A DNA stretch of 63,309 nt, filler included, from Trichomonas gallinae (taxonomy: Eukaryota): the NCBI GenBank assembly GCA_008369845.1. It is 8 parts of 8 records of this genome, joined end to end, with 100 filler letters (N's around TTAATTAATTAA, not from the genome) between each part and the next. Parts side by side here need not be neighbours in the genome. Positions count along the whole stretch, not along the records: positions 32,593 to 44,232 come from MRSU01001523.1; positions 44,333 to 57,254 come from MRSU01001526.1; 6 more parts are not named here. One strand, 5' to 3'. The stretch's first letter is position 1. Each line of letters opens with the position of its first letter. Shown piece after piece: positions 44,036 through 56,352 of the stretch. A program made the position numbers and the translations under genes. The notes under the pieces were generated by a model. That model saw only the letters and a list, made by a program, of their open reading frames with translations, was not told where the DNA came from and did no database searches.

Positions 44036-44232
44036 TATTATTTTTTTATTTATTTAAATTATTCTCTAATGTTTAAGCTTTAACAATTACTCCTTTTTCC
44101 TTCAAATCTACATCAATTTTTTGCATATTATGAACTTAATGAAATTTTTAAATTAAATATTGCAATTTTATTAAATAAAATAGTATAATTAGATATGATA
44201 CAACTTTATTTGCATTATTATATATCATAAAA

Positions 44233-44332
44233 NNNNNNNNNNNNNNNNNNNNNNNNNNNNNNNNNNNNNNNNNNNNTTAATTAATTAANNNNNNNNNNNN
44301 NNNNNNNNNNNNNNNNNNNNNNNNNNNNNNNN
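44233..44332. other. Artificial contig linker
   Basis: N44-TTAATTAATTAA-N44. Confidence 0.99.
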
Positions 44333-44388
44333 AGCGCAACAAGTTCCTCGGCAAGCTCAAGATCTCCAAGAAGGCCGAGAAGCAGTAA
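44333..44388 (+). CDS. RPL3: 3' end of a highly expressed gene, probably 60S ribosomal protein L3
   Basis: Reads (E)RNKFLGKLKISKKAEKQ* with strongly biased codons and resembles the uL3 C-terminus (EKxxFMGxLK). Only 18 codons are visible. Confidence 0.5.
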
Positions 44389-44520
44389 GAATAAATCATA
44401 CATTATTCGTAAAATAATTTTTTTTTAACAAATCAGTTTCTTTCTTGATGACATTCATCACAACATTATTCGTAACAAATATTTATTATATAAACAACAA
44501 AATAAAAAAAATTATTAAAA

Positions 44521-45477
44521 TTATAATTTGCGACTTCGGCGTCTGCTTGATATTCCAGGCAACGACTGCTTTGCTGGCATCTTGTAATTCTTCGTTGATT
44601 GACGTATATCTAACATATCGCCGATAACAATCGCGATTTGGTCGAATTTTTCTTCTAGAGTCTTGGCCGTTCTTTCTCCGCGAAGGAAAACCTTTTCGTT
44701 GATATCTGAGACTATTTTATACATGTTATCTATTGATAATCTGATTAACGCGCATTCTTGGCCTTTCAATCGACTTTGAATAGCAACGAGTTCCTGTGCA
44801 TGTCTCTCATGGCCAAAATCCTTGAATGCGGCATCTTGTGCCTGCGAAATCTTCTTTATTTGGTAATCGATTTCAACTGTACTAGAAGAAGACGACTCAT
44901 CATACATTTTGATAGCATCTTGTAGCTTCTGGAGCTCTTTCTTGGATCTCTGCAGTCTAACTTGCAGTGTTCCACGCCATTCTTTGAGAGTTTCGTATTT
45001 ATTAACAATTCCTTGGACTTCATTGACTCCAGATCTGCTGAAAAGTTCTGGAGCAGCATCATAGACTGTGTCTAAGTAGCTTTTATATGGTAATGACGCT
45101 TCTAAAAGTGTTTTAATTTCTTCTTCGTGATGATTTAATTCGGCAAGTTCCTCTTTTAACTTCTCTAATTCCTTCTGTTTAAGCTCAAGTGCTTTCTTTT
45201 CAAGTGTGAGCCTTTCTTCTTCACGCATTCTCTTGTTGCAGTTATCTCTGACGTATGCATCATTTGCGACAACTTCGCGTTGATTTTCTAAGTTTCTTTC
45301 TTCGATTTCTTCTGCTTTAGCACGATATCTTTCCATTTTAAGCTCATGATCTCTCTTTTTCGCATCTAATTCGAGCTGTAAATCGTATGATTTCTTCTTT
45401 TTGTCGATAAGTCTTTCCAATCCTGTCTGACTTTCCGGAACAAGGCTCACAAGTCTTCTTGCAAGAACTCGCTCCAT
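44521..45477 (-). CDS. CFAP73: CFAP73/CCDC42-like (DUF4200) axonemal coiled-coil protein
   Basis: RLIDKKK...L..K......M......NDAYVRDN..KR.R and YKSYLDTV pattern; 318 aa. Confidence 0.7.
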   Translation of the reverse strand: MERVLARRLVSLVPESQTGLERLIDKKKKSYDLQLELDAKKRDHELKMERYRAKAEEIEERNLENQREVVANDAYVRDNCNKRMREEERLTLEKKALELKQKELEKLKEELAELNHHEEEIKTLLEASLPYKSYLDTVYDAAPELFSRSGVNEVQGIVNKYETLKEWRGTLQVRLQRSKKELQKLQDAIKMYDESSSSSTVEIDYQIKKISQAQDAAFKDFGHERHAQELVAIQSRLKGQECALIRLSIDNMYKIVSDINEKVFLRGERTAKTLEEKFDQIAIVIGDMLDIRQSTKNYKMPAKQSLPGISSRRRSRKL

Positions 45478-45910
45478 ATTTTTTTGATTTTTTAAAAAAT
45501 GTACGTTTATTTTGTTTCTCGAAATTTTTCACGAAAACCACCCATTTTGGATTAAAATATATACTTTCATGAGCTATCAGAAGCTATAGATAAAAGAACA
45601 AATCTTAAAAACGAAAAAATCAAATCGAAAATTTGAAGTTTTGCTTAAAATCGGAATATCTTTGAGTAAAATTGATGATTTATGTGTTATAAATATAAAT
45701 ATGATGTTGAATATCTTGTTATAAAACCAATTTTTTCCTGAATGATAATAAAAAAATTACAATTTTTATAATCATTTTTTGAATTTCTCAAAAATTTAAC
45801 TATAAAAGGAAAAAACTAAATCGTAAAAATGATTTAATATTATTTACTCTATTGATATTTGATGTTTTTAAAATGATTAAAAAGACGTTTATTTTACTAA
45901 AAAATTTATT

Positions 45911-47311
45911 ATGAAGTCTAACATTGATACAAGGAAAGAGAAACTGAAACAGAAGATCCAAAGCAAATACAACGAGTTCAAACTGCACGAAAAAATCATT
46001 TCTCAAGCTGTCGAAGACAAATGGATACAAATTCTCGATAATGAATATTTAAATGAGACAAGGGATCAAATCTACAAGTTGCAAGCTCACTACCAATTGC
46101 AATTAGACAGATGTGATTCCATTGTCAAAAGATTACAGGACTGGATCGATGAAAATGAAGACCAATATATCTTTAATCTAACAGCAAATAGGAGAACACT
46201 CGATGATCTATACGAATTATCCCAGAAAAGACTAAAGACAGAAAAAGAAAGATGGGAAACACGTTTAAATACAGTAATTGACGAATTTGAAGATTCAAGA
46301 AACCAAGTAATCAAGAATTACCAAGACCACGTTTCAGAAATGCGTAATATCAATGCAGCTATCGGCCATGAATACAAAGAGAGACGTGATGTGTTAGATA
46401 ACAAATTTAGATTCGAAAAAGACGCTTTAACAATGAGAAACCAAGAAGCAATATCAGCACTCAACATGCATCTCATGGAGCAGATCAGTGCTGTCAATGA
46501 ACAGATGAAACTCGCGAACAAAGAATATAAAGAAAAAAGTGAGAACAAAATGACTCAATTCCACCAATTATTCGAAGAGCACAAGAAGATGCAGCGAGAA
46601 ATGCGCGAAAATGAGAAAGCAATCGCAAAACACGCAGCAGACATCTCGCATTGGCGAAGGAAAATCAAGAACAACATGACAGAGTCGAAAGAAGAGAACG
46701 ACAGACTGAGGCAAGAAAAGGAAACACTGAGTCTTCACTTCAGGAAGCTCAAAGATGTCATGGCACGCTTCAGACAGACAGAAGCTGCGAAATTAGCTGA
46801 AATTTCAGTTGCATATGAAGATACGATCAATGCGCTTCAGAAGAAGTTACAACTGGCGGATAACATATTGAAATATGCTGAGATGACAAGGAAACTCGAA
46901 ACAGAAAGAGAACAAATTATTCCATTCCCAGCTTCTATTGCTGAAGACGACCCAGAAATACAAAGACAGATGAGGAACTTCAAGCTCCAGCTCAAAGGTG
47001 ACAGCAAATACGTTGAAGAAAGCGACGTTTTCGATAAATTTTATCGAAGATTCAATAAATGCTTAATGGACACTCTTGCACTGCAGCGCGAGAAAGCCCA
47101 GCTCTCAGAGGAGAACAAGTACTATAAGAACTTGCTCCAAAAGTATATGGAAAATATCGGTGTCCGCGAAGACGCTGTAAACAAGCCAAATACCATTGTC
47201 ATTGTCAACCAGAACACCAATGCTCCTAAAGGCGGTGCACCAGACGACGTGATTCCAATAAGAGATGTTCCGATGACAATTCATCAGACAAAATTACAAG
47301 GATATTTATAA
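45911..47311 (+). CDS. DRC2: Dynein regulatory complex subunit 2 (CCDC65)
   Basis: QLDRCDSIVKRL..IDENEDQY, ILKYAEMTRKLETEREQIIPF and FYRRFNKCLMDTLAL match conserved CCDC65 blocks. Confidence 0.85.
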   Translation: MKSNIDTRKEKLKQKIQSKYNEFKLHEKIISQAVEDKWIQILDNEYLNETRDQIYKLQAHYQLQLDRCDSIVKRLQDWIDENEDQYIFNLTANRRTLDDLYELSQKRLKTEKERWETRLNTVIDEFEDSRNQVIKNYQDHVSEMRNINAAIGHEYKERRDVLDNKFRFEKDALTMRNQEAISALNMHLMEQISAVNEQMKLANKEYKEKSENKMTQFHQLFEEHKKMQREMRENEKAIAKHAADISHWRRKIKNNMTESKEENDRLRQEKETLSLHFRKLKDVMARFRQTEAAKLAEISVAYEDTINALQKKLQLADNILKYAEMTRKLETEREQIIPFPASIAEDDPEIQRQMRNFKLQLKGDSKYVEESDVFDKFYRRFNKCLMDTLALQREKAQLSEENKYYKNLLQKYMENIGVREDAVNKPNTIVIVNQNTNAPKGGAPDDVIPIRDVPMTIHQTKLQGYL

Positions 47312-47430
47312 AGTGATTAAACCTTCTGTTTGTTTTTGAATTTAATTTAATTTTTTTTGGTCTTTTAGTTTTATTAATTTTCCAATAAATTTTAGCTCAT
47401 TTATCTTTACTCGTATTTCATATAGGAAGC

Positions 47431-47886
47431 TTAAGCAACGAGGGCAGAAGCGGTCTGAGCGCTGTACTTCCAGTTTGGTGCAAGAACACGGCGGGCCTTG
47501 TAATAGCGAGTAAGGCGGTGGATTCTGGACTCGATAAGGATGAGGCGGTACTTGCCGTCAACATCGTGCTTAGCGTGCTCGAGGTGCTTGCGAACGTTTG
47601 TAGCCTTCTTGATAAGATAGTAAAGTTCTTCTGGGAGGGATGGAGCAAGTCCGTTGGCCTTAAGGATGCGGAGGACCTTGACGCCTGTAACAGCGCGGAC
47701 CATGCCGATGCCATTGCGGTCACGAAGAAGTGCACCGATCTGTGATGGGCGGACACCCTTCTTTGCGTAGTCGCAGATCATCTGGACTGTTTGCTCAGCG
47801 TTGTACTGGAGCCAGTGTGGAGGGGAACGGCGGTATGGGCATGTGGATGAGCTGATACCTTTGCCTGGGGAGTGAAGACGACCCAT
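47431..47886 (-). CDS. RPS13: 40S ribosomal protein S13 (uS15)
   Basis: [14 protein letters not shown]...[10 protein letters not shown]...[19 protein letters not shown]; 151 aa. Confidence 0.99.
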   Translation of the reverse strand: MGRLHSPGKGISSSTCPYRRSPPHWLQYNAEQTVQMICDYAKKGVRPSQIGALLRDRNGIGMVRAVTGVKVLRILKANGLAPSLPEELYYLIKKATNVRKHLEHAKHDVDGKYRLILIESRIHRLTRYYKARRVLAPNWKYSAQTASALVA

Positions 47887-47890
47887 TTCG

Positions 47891-47910
47891 AAAGGACGGC
47901 CAAACCGTTT
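47891..47910 (-). promoter_or_regulatory. Trichomonad M3 (Myb-like AACGGTT) + M5 (CCTTT) core promoter of RPS13
   Basis: Minus strand reads AAACGGTTTggccgtCCTTTcgaaATG. The M5 alternative initiator is known from Trichomonas ribosomal protein genes. Confidence 0.7.
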
Positions 47911-49797
47911 ATCGATAGACTCTAAATTTTACCTCTTGTTTTATTCGCTTTTTAATTATATTTTTGATAATACTATAACTTTGTAATATATAATATACCA
48001 AAATTTTTAACATATAATTTTTGGATTTTTATTATTTAGTTTTCTGAGTCTTTAATAGATAAATCTTTAATGTATTATTCAATATTTTGTCATTTTTCTT
48101 GCTCTTTTGTAGAAAAACACAATTTTCATCGTGATATTAAATATTTTAATAACAAACAAAGATTTGAAAGAATATAATTGCTTATAACTATCAAAATATA
48201 ATTCCAACAGGCCAACCTCAAATAAGAAAAATATATTAATTTTCGAAACATTGCCTTCGATAATAAGTTATAATTCAATCAAGTTCCATTTCTTTGTGAA
48301 CCAGAAGCAATAAATTTTTCTTTTTTAGCGCAGTTGACTAATGTTTTGTAAGAGTCAATTGAATAAAATTTAATATTTAGTTTGTTGGCATCATTTCATT
48401 GTTAGGAAAAAGTACCTTGCTTCAGCAGACAAAAGGACAAACAGAGAAAAGAAGAGAAATTATAAATAAGGTTATATTTAATGAAACGTGACACATTTCA
48501 AATGATGGATAAATCATCAGAATTCGAAATTAAAACCCAATAAATCGTTTCCTTGTACGTTATATGCGAGAACGAAACCATATGTGTTATAAATCATCCA
48601 ATTTTCAATCTACAAATCTCCAAAAAATCGCCATTTTGAATCAATAACTTTGCAAATTTAATTTATATTATAGTTCTTTATAGTTCTTGATGAATAAAAC
48701 ACTGTTCACCCCGAATTTATGAACAAAAGTCATTTTCATATACTGTTGATTAATTGCTTATTTTTCAATTTTATACTGAGGTTTTCAATTCAATTTTTTG
48801 CCATCCGCTGCAGCTCGTGGGGCTGGTTACATTTCACAACTTTTAAATTTTAATTTTTTTATGAAATATTTCGTCGTTGTCACCCCAAAATGCATTATAA
48901 TCGAATATATTACTGTTATCTTAGCGTATTTCTTTCGATTAATCGGATATAGTAACGAAATCGTTGAGAGCAAATTTCAAACATCATTCCGTTTTAAATA
49001 TAACTATGATTATAATGATGCAATACTATATCTTTATCATTGCCACAAGGAATGAGGCTTTTATGCATGTTTTGCAATCCCTTCAAAATCCAATTTCTGA
49101 ATTTATTCTCCCACAAACATTAATATCGATTAATATGACAATATAATGCAGTTATGCAAAGTTTATTTATCCTGAAAAATTATTTTTGCGTCTTTCGTTA
49201 TAAGATACGGCGAGAATCGATTAATCAGTTAAAGTTAACAGTGCTGTATCCGATGGAGGAGTTATCGATTTTCGATGATTGACAGTTTTCAGATTTAGAA
49301 TAAATTAGGAATTGAATTTGATTACACGCGAAATTTTCGATTGAAAATATGTATATGAGCATTATTTTTAATTAAAAAATTAAATGAGTACGTTGACGAA
49401 AAAATTGATAAAAAATGATAAAAAATTAAATCCAACTTCAACAAAATATACATCGAATAATACATTAAATTTTTGAATTGAATTTAAATCTTCGTGATAT
49501 AAATTTTAAATATTGGTCATCATATATAACATAATAAAATGTCTGAATTTATATTTGAAACTTTTGATAACTTCTTAACTCGAAATTTTTAATATTTTCA
49601 TAACATATAATTAAATATACTAGACTTTTCTATAAATTTGGCTCCGTTAAATTAATTTCTTTCAAAATTTGAAAAGAATTTTCAAAAATTCGTGAATAGA
49701 TTTTTCTCGTCAATATTAATGTTTAGCTGTTTTTGAGTAAGATTTATTTTTCGATTCCTGAAATTTTTTTTATTAGTTTTTTTCTTGTTTCTGACTC

Positions 49798-50394
49798 ATG
49801 ATCGACAGCTTTGATGATGGTAAACGATACCTATATATATACTATCCAGGGAAATGGATAATACGGGCAAACGAATCGTCTGTGACTCGAATTGCAGACT
49901 TAAAAGATTTGATTCAAGAGAACGACGTTTGTTTTTTTCTAAATGGGACATTAATATCAGATGTTCTACCTCTTAAAATGTATTCGATATCGGATAATGA
50001 TGTTATTATCGTTGTTCCTAACAGATCGAAAGGCACGAATAATCACAAAGTTACTGTTTTTTGTCAAGACACGGAATCGATCAAAGAACAATTTACTCAG
50101 TATTCAGATCCATCCTATGCCTGTGAGAACGCACGGCTCAAAGACATACAAATGTACAAAGTTGAACGTAAACCTCGGATTTTCAGGAGAATGTGCCAAT
50201 CATATAGAGATATTCATGAAGTACCGCCGGCATCTGAGCAGGCTGTGACTAATATTCCAAAAATCGTATCAATATCTAAGAGTCCATTACCTATTTTCTG
50301 GGGAGGTGAGCCATTCATTGATAGTCAACCTCTTTCGGATCTAGATTCACCCATTGTTACTTCAGCGGATTTGAGCGAGTTTAACAGAAAATAA
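49798..50394 (+). CDS. Ubiquitin-like-domain protein (trichomonad-expanded type)
   Basis: IADLK...FFLNGTLISDVLPLKMYSISDNDVIIVV ubiquitin-fold pattern, then ENARLKD and PLPIFW. Confidence 0.65.
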   Translation: MIDSFDDGKRYLYIYYPGKWIIRANESSVTRIADLKDLIQENDVCFFLNGTLISDVLPLKMYSISDNDVIIVVPNRSKGTNNHKVTVFCQDTESIKEQFTQYSDPSYACENARLKDIQMYKVERKPRIFRRMCQSYRDIHEVPPASEQAVTNIPKIVSISKSPLPIFWGGEPFIDSQPLSDLDSPIVTSADLSEFNRK

Positions 50395-51208
50395 TGATTA
50401 ATTATTACAATTATATGCATGGTTTAACTATGCAAAAACAATTACCATATTGATCCGATTGCGGATATATCTTCAATCAAGCATCATCATGAAATCTTAT
50501 TCGAATTGTGTCATTTCGTCGAAAAACAAATCTACTTGTTAATTAGTTAGCATTCATATTCAGATACCTAGTTCTAATCATTGAGAGCTTCTTACAACAA
50601 TCGATGCCCTATGATATATATTGTATGTAAAACTGTTTATTATTGTTAACTATCTTCATATTTCGTTTATATTAATATATACAAACTCATATTAAAGAGA
50701 ATACGCGTATCTAATGCGAAATGTCAAATTTCGAATAATTTAATGAAATGTTGAATAAATCACATTGTTTTAGTTATTCACACACTAATTAAAATAATAA
50801 CTTAGCGAATTCACTCATCAACTATTAAGTGAAATAAAATTTTTTTTGGATTTTTATGATACAGCTGATTGGACATTTACATATTTATAACAGTATTTCG
50901 AGGAAAATAGTTTCTCTGCAAAGAGATCATGTTCTGGCAACAGTGGGAATATTTTATCGAATATCTATGACTGATCAACATCGATGTTCTCATATGGAAG
51001 TTTATACCTCATATCTAATGAAATATAATCATTGATGCAAAATGTTGATACTATTTTATCCAGATTTCGAATAAGATATTATCTAAAATACTGCTTTCAG
51101 ATCAAAAGAATATAGTAGCAATGATTTGCATGCTTATCTTAGAAATTTGGAAGATAAAATATTAGGTAAATAAGCTGCTAAATTGCAAACATGAATTTCA
51201 TATAAATT

Positions 51209-51676
51209 TTAGTAAGTTTCTTCGGATCTCCATCCAAATCTCCATAAGCAGGAAGCTGCGACGATGCCAACCGCTTGAACAATCATGGCAACTCCTTGAT
51301 ACCATAATGGTCTAGATGGAGTAATTCCAGCAATTTCTAAATCGAACTTGCCTTTCTTGTTCCATGCTCCGAATACCCAACCAGCGCAGATTATTGCAGC
51401 AAGGTGAAGCATAATTGCAACAACAATGAGAATCTTTTCCCAAACTGCTGTTTCTTCAGCTCCCCATGCATCACCATTCTCGAAGAGGGCATTGCGAATA
51501 TTGTTGAGAACGAAAAGTCCGAGCGTAGCTAAGATGCCTGGGAGATAGAGAACAAATGGACCAGCGCCTCCAGCGTGTTTGTCGCGGAAAGCGCATGCGT
51601 CAATGAAGACCCACCATGCTACGGCAAAGATGAATCCTGTGATACCTGTCACAACTAAATTTGAGACTTTAACCAT
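51209..51676 (-). CDS. VPS68: Vps68/TMEM50 (UPF0220) four-TM protein
   Basis: GFIFAVAWWVFIDA, YLPGILATLG..VLN, GVAMIVQ and WRFG motifs; Inr TCATTTT just upstream of the ATG. Confidence 0.85.
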   Translation of the reverse strand: MVKVSNLVVTGITGFIFAVAWWVFIDACAFRDKHAGGAGPFVLYLPGILATLGLFVLNNIRNALFENGDAWGAEETAVWEKILIVVAIMLHLAAIICAGWVFGAWNKKGKFDLEIAGITPSRPLWYQGVAMIVQAVGIVAASCLWRFGWRSEETY

Positions 51677-53030
51677 CTTTAAAAATGATCACTTTTCATC
51701 ACCGGATTTTTTTTTCTTCAAAATTTGTTACGTTTTAGTCGTAGATTTTTTTTTATATCCGGTGAAATCTTATGATTATACAAATATCACTATTAGTATG
51801 TCATAATATTATACCTACACAATCCTAATATGTGATAAAATACAATAATAAGCCATAACTTCTTGGATATTTTATTGAAAATTAACCTCAAGTTATTTTT
51901 ACTAAATTTGGCAAAGTTCATCTGATAATATACACTACAAAATTCAATTTAAGACATGGAATAATGCAAATGCAGATAATTTTTCGTTATGATAACCTCA
52001 AACCAAGTTATGTGAACGTTTTATTTATTTCAACATATATGACTCGATAAATTAGAAATGTGTTGTATGCTTGTATAGTGAAATAATGGTTTTTTAATAT
52101 TTGATGATATAAAAATTGATGAATATTGAGCAATTTTGTAATGGTATCTATTCTCAATTCCTATGAGTTTGATAATAAACAACTTTGAATAATCTTGAAA
52201 TGATATACAATATACAAAGATTATAATAGCAATGATACTACTCATAGAAGAATTAGGAAATTTTGTATTATACTAAAATTCGAATGTTGAACTGCTCGGT
52301 GCAATCGCATTGAAGAATAACGTTGATAAAAATTAACAAAAATCATCAAAGATCTTGATTTTGTTTGTTTGTCGGCAAATATTGAAATAATTCATATGAA
52401 GCATATCATATCTCACGAGACCATCGCCAAAAAATATATAAATATTTTTGACAAGTAAAGTTTACAATAACTAAAACTATTTTGAGAAATTACTAATGAA
52501 ATAAACATACATAGGAAATAATATTTACGAATCAATAATTTATTCGAAACATCATCGGAATAAAAATTTTGACATGTTATGTGATTTTCAGTCAGAAAAA
52601 TTTTGTGAATTAGGTCGAAAAAGTCAGAATTATTATTTACATGACAATAATTATACATGTGTCAAATCTTCAAAACATCTGATAAAGTTACCATAGTTAA
52701 CTGCAATGAATTTAAAAAGTAATACATATGTTTTTTATATGACTAACAAAATGCCAAATATAATATTTACACGACAAAATTTCCCAACGGGTGCAGATAA
52801 CTAATTTTTAGATGTTTAGACTGCACGAAGACATTTGAATCATAATTTTCAATTTAAGAAAAAATTCGATGCGTTTTGAGATTTTCTTATTTGTAAACTT
52901 CATAAAAACTTCAAACTTTGCTCAGAAATTTTAAAGTTATTTTTACTCTAAAACGCATCCATATGATATTTTACATATAGAAATTTCCTGAAAAACGATA
53001 ATTTTTTTTAAAAAATTCATATTTGTTTTT

Positions 53031-53960
53031 ATGTTTCTTTATCTTATTGCACAAGAGTACCATCCAAATGGTGACCGCGATTCAAAAACCGGTATTAAAT
53101 CGTGTGAATCATATACAGCACTCACTGAATCCTCTCATACTGTGAACAAAGGATCTAATTGCTATAATATTACATCAAACATTGGTTTTCTTCTTTCAGC
53201 AGCTGATCAGAAGTATGAATACGAGTTATGCCAAATGGTGGAAAAAAGTCGTGATGAAGAAGGAAATGTTACATATGAGGAACATTGCCAGTATAGCCAT
53301 TATTCTTCTCATTTCGGTTTATTCTTTAATACAAGAGCCCATGTTTTCATCAATGTAACTGCTGAAACTGCACCCACAATGAAAGTATTTGAATTCAAAA
53401 CGGTACCAGGAACTGTTAACAATTATAGCGATCAAAAGTATAAGATAGACAGATTATATTACACTACTCAAGATCAACAATTAACACTCAAGCATTATAC
53501 ATCTGATAACGAAAAACTAACCATTGATCATCATTTATTAGTTTTGCCAGAATCCAACACAATCAATGCTACAGGCTATAAGTTTACAGGCTTTATTGTT
53601 GGTGAAAATATTTCGAAGAAGAATGAAGAAATTAAATCTGCAGAAACAAAGCTCGAGTTTGGCATTATTTCTCCATGTAATGAGTCCATTCCAATATCCG
53701 TGACTGCACAAAATAATTTCAAAAAGGCATATGGTATCATAAATTCGAATCCTTTTGTTTCAGAAAGTATTGGATTAGAATCCAATAAACCAATGCTTTC
53801 AGGTATATTCTCAAATGTTATACCTGTGGTCGACAAATATGTTGGAAACTATGCCACACTCGGTGCCGGTGCTCTTTTAGGTGTATTCCTTGTTGGAGCT
53901 ATCATTAATATAATAATCACAGTTATCGAGCGTGCGAAGTATAAGAAAGCTAAGGAATAA
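53031..53960 (+). CDS. Hypothetical type I membrane protein
   Basis: Short hydrophobic N-terminus, C-terminal TM and basic tail; Inr-like TCATA at 53017-53021. Confidence 0.75.
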   Translation: MFLYLIAQEYHPNGDRDSKTGIKSCESYTALTESSHTVNKGSNCYNITSNIGFLLSAADQKYEYELCQMVEKSRDEEGNVTYEEHCQYSHYSSHFGLFFNTRAHVFINVTAETAPTMKVFEFKTVPGTVNNYSDQKYKIDRLYYTTQDQQLTLKHYTSDNEKLTIDHHLLVLPESNTINATGYKFTGFIVGENISKKNEEIKSAETKLEFGIISPCNESIPISVTAQNNFKKAYGIINSNPFVSESIGLESNKPMLSGIFSNVIPVVDKYVGNYATLGAGALLGVFLVGAIINIIITVIERAKYKKAKE

Positions 53961-54625
53961 TTTTAGAACAAAATCAATTTTTTTAACTTTTATTTAATTA
54001 TTATAAAAAACATTTTATTGATTTTATACATGGTAAACACACATTGTTGCATACGTAGGTATCTATAGTATCCTTGCTGATTTATGAAAAATGGAAATAA
54101 TTTCAAAATAAACTTTGTATTTTTGAGCAAACAGAAAATTATTCTGATATATAAGGTCATGAGTGGGATGCTATCACTCATGAGAAATGCGATGAACAGA
54201 TCGGCAAAAAAAAATCATCATTTTTTATCAGGTCCTAACATAAAGAATATATTGTATATCTCCAGTCCTACCTTTTCAACCTGTTTTATTGAGGAATCAT
54301 CTTTGAATAAATCTTTCAGCATTACCTTTGGGGTCCGCTACGCGACCAATTATGGTTCTCAATTTATTCTATGAGGTATTGAAAATTATAGTTTTGCACA
54401 GAAACTTATGCTCACTTTTTGAAGCAATTCAAATCACTAACTATGCAGATGGTGCTAGTATTATCTAAAAATAATTTCTTCGTTTAAATTTTTGTGCATT
54501 GTTGAACCATTATAAACACGACGATAGACACCTTAAATTTTGATTGTCATTTTTACACGACAGATTTAGCAGATAATTTGACACGTAAAAAATAAAATTA
54601 ACCTTTTCAAAAACTTATATTTTCT

Positions 54626-55552
54626 ATGGAAACTGAATTAAACTCTTGTTCTTTGACACACCCTATTTGTCAGCAAGAAATCAGAGGCTGCCACGCGATG
54701 TTTGATCATAGACCGTGGAAATTCTTTATTTTACTTTTCATTTTTTATTTCTGCATGGGATTAGTTCTTGTTATAACACAAATTGATTTCATAGAAGTCA
54801 AAGTAAGATATGACAATAAATGCTCCGATGGTCAAACATCAACAATCTCCCTCGACATTCCTGAAAAACTTACAGGACGCAAATTTTTCTATTATGAACT
54901 TCACGGATTTTATCAAAATCACTTTAGATTCGAAGGCTCAGTAGATTATGCACAATTGGCTGGAAAATATGATGATGATATCAGACAATGCAGACCTATG
55001 GAATTTGATCAAGAAAACCACGTTTATGCGCCATGCGGTCTATTTCCTTTGTTCTTCTTTACAGATTATTATGTTTTACCAAGCGAATACAAATTTAATG
55101 AAACTGGCATCTCTTGGGCAGGAGAGAAGGAAGCTTTGTTCAAAGGCCTTAGCGATAAATACACAGGAAAATCTCGCTGGATGAAAACGGGTCTCCAATC
55201 TGTTTATTTCCCAGGTGAAATTTCAAACGAGCATTTTATTGTATGGATGAGGACTGCCAACAACCCGGCATTCAAGAAGTTATTCTCATATACAGATGAA
55301 GAAATTCCTGCTGGACAATTCAATGTAACAGTCACTTGCAATTATCCAAAACAATATTATTCCGGTGAAAGATACATTTCACTGGTCAGACCATGCTATT
55401 TTGGTGGTCGCAACAAAGTTCTATATATTACAAACTTTGTACTTTCAGGTTTTATCTTAATTGGAATATTCATCTTCAGATTCTGCCAGTCTAACCGCAG
55501 AGTCGGCTATGATCAACTCAAGAACGATGCAGAAGTTGATTTAGATGTTTAA
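54626..55552 (+). CDS. CDC50: CDC50/LEM3 family P4-ATPase flippase subunit
   Basis: YYELHGFYQNH, PCGL, GISW, NEHFIVWMRTA..PAFKKL and FGGRN; two TMs. Confidence 0.93.
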   Translation: METELNSCSLTHPICQQEIRGCHAMFDHRPWKFFILLFIFYFCMGLVLVITQIDFIEVKVRYDNKCSDGQTSTISLDIPEKLTGRKFFYYELHGFYQNHFRFEGSVDYAQLAGKYDDDIRQCRPMEFDQENHVYAPCGLFPLFFFTDYYVLPSEYKFNETGISWAGEKEALFKGLSDKYTGKSRWMKTGLQSVYFPGEISNEHFIVWMRTANNPAFKKLFSYTDEEIPAGQFNVTVTCNYPKQYYSGERYISLVRPCYFGGRNKVLYITNFVLSGFILIGIFIFRFCQSNRRVGYDQLKNDAEVDLDV

Positions 55553-55765
55553 CTTTTTTGATTTTTTTTTTATATAAATCATTATTGTTTGTTTAATAAC
55601 ATGATATCAAATAAAGTCAGTACTTTTACGTTTTTAATTTTCAATCAAAATCATTGTTAATAATTATATTTTTTGAAATAAAGTTTAAGTATTGAATGTT
55701 GTTTGGCAACAAAATAATTGAAGCAGTGTTATTTGTTATTATGAAGCTGCGGCCATTTTTTAATA

Positions 55766-56137
55766 ATGAAAGCTTCTGATCAAATGACGACATTTTTTGA
55801 AAAAATGAAGACGAAAGTCGAGAAAAATTCAGTCAGAACCAATGATATGACAGGATTTATTACAGCATGCGAAAGTATGGAAAAGAATTGCTCGATTATT
55901 GATCATCAAATCTCTGAAATGAACGAATCAACACAGCAAATCTATGAAAACCTCGGAAATGTTTACTCAATATCTTCTAAATGCCAGTATCACGCCAGTG
56001 TTGCAAGAGTTAGTTTTCAAAATCTCGCAAGAACAACTACAAACACATCTCTCTTAGCAAAAGCATTCTCATATATGGGCGAATCTATTTCTTACTTTTC
56101 AAACTTGTTAATTGCAATTTATCATCAAATTTTATAA
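55766..56137 (+). CDS. Hypothetical small coiled-coil protein
   Basis: 123-aa ORF with coding-like composition; no recognised family. Confidence 0.55.
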   Translation: MKASDQMTTFFEKMKTKVEKNSVRTNDMTGFITACESMEKNCSIIDHQISEMNESTQQIYENLGNVYSISSKCQYHASVARVSFQNLARTTTNTSLLAKAFSYMGESISYFSNLLIAIYHQIL

Positions 56138-56352
56138 TTTCGCTAATTAAGCTCATATCTTGTTTGTATTGATTGATATTAAAATTTTTATATCTTATTG
56201 TTACTTTTTAAACCCAAAATTGATATTTTTCATTCAAATTGGAAATATTAATGAAATCGTCTTGATTAACAAATAAATGTACTCATTCGAACAATTGAGC
56301 TAAATAATCATAACTAACAAATATATTTAATAAACAAAACAAAATATAAATT

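Noticed and set aside
54084..54374. 96-aa ORF and slightly GC-richer intergenic stretch
   Set aside because: Could be a gene remnant, but no family is recognisable on either strand.
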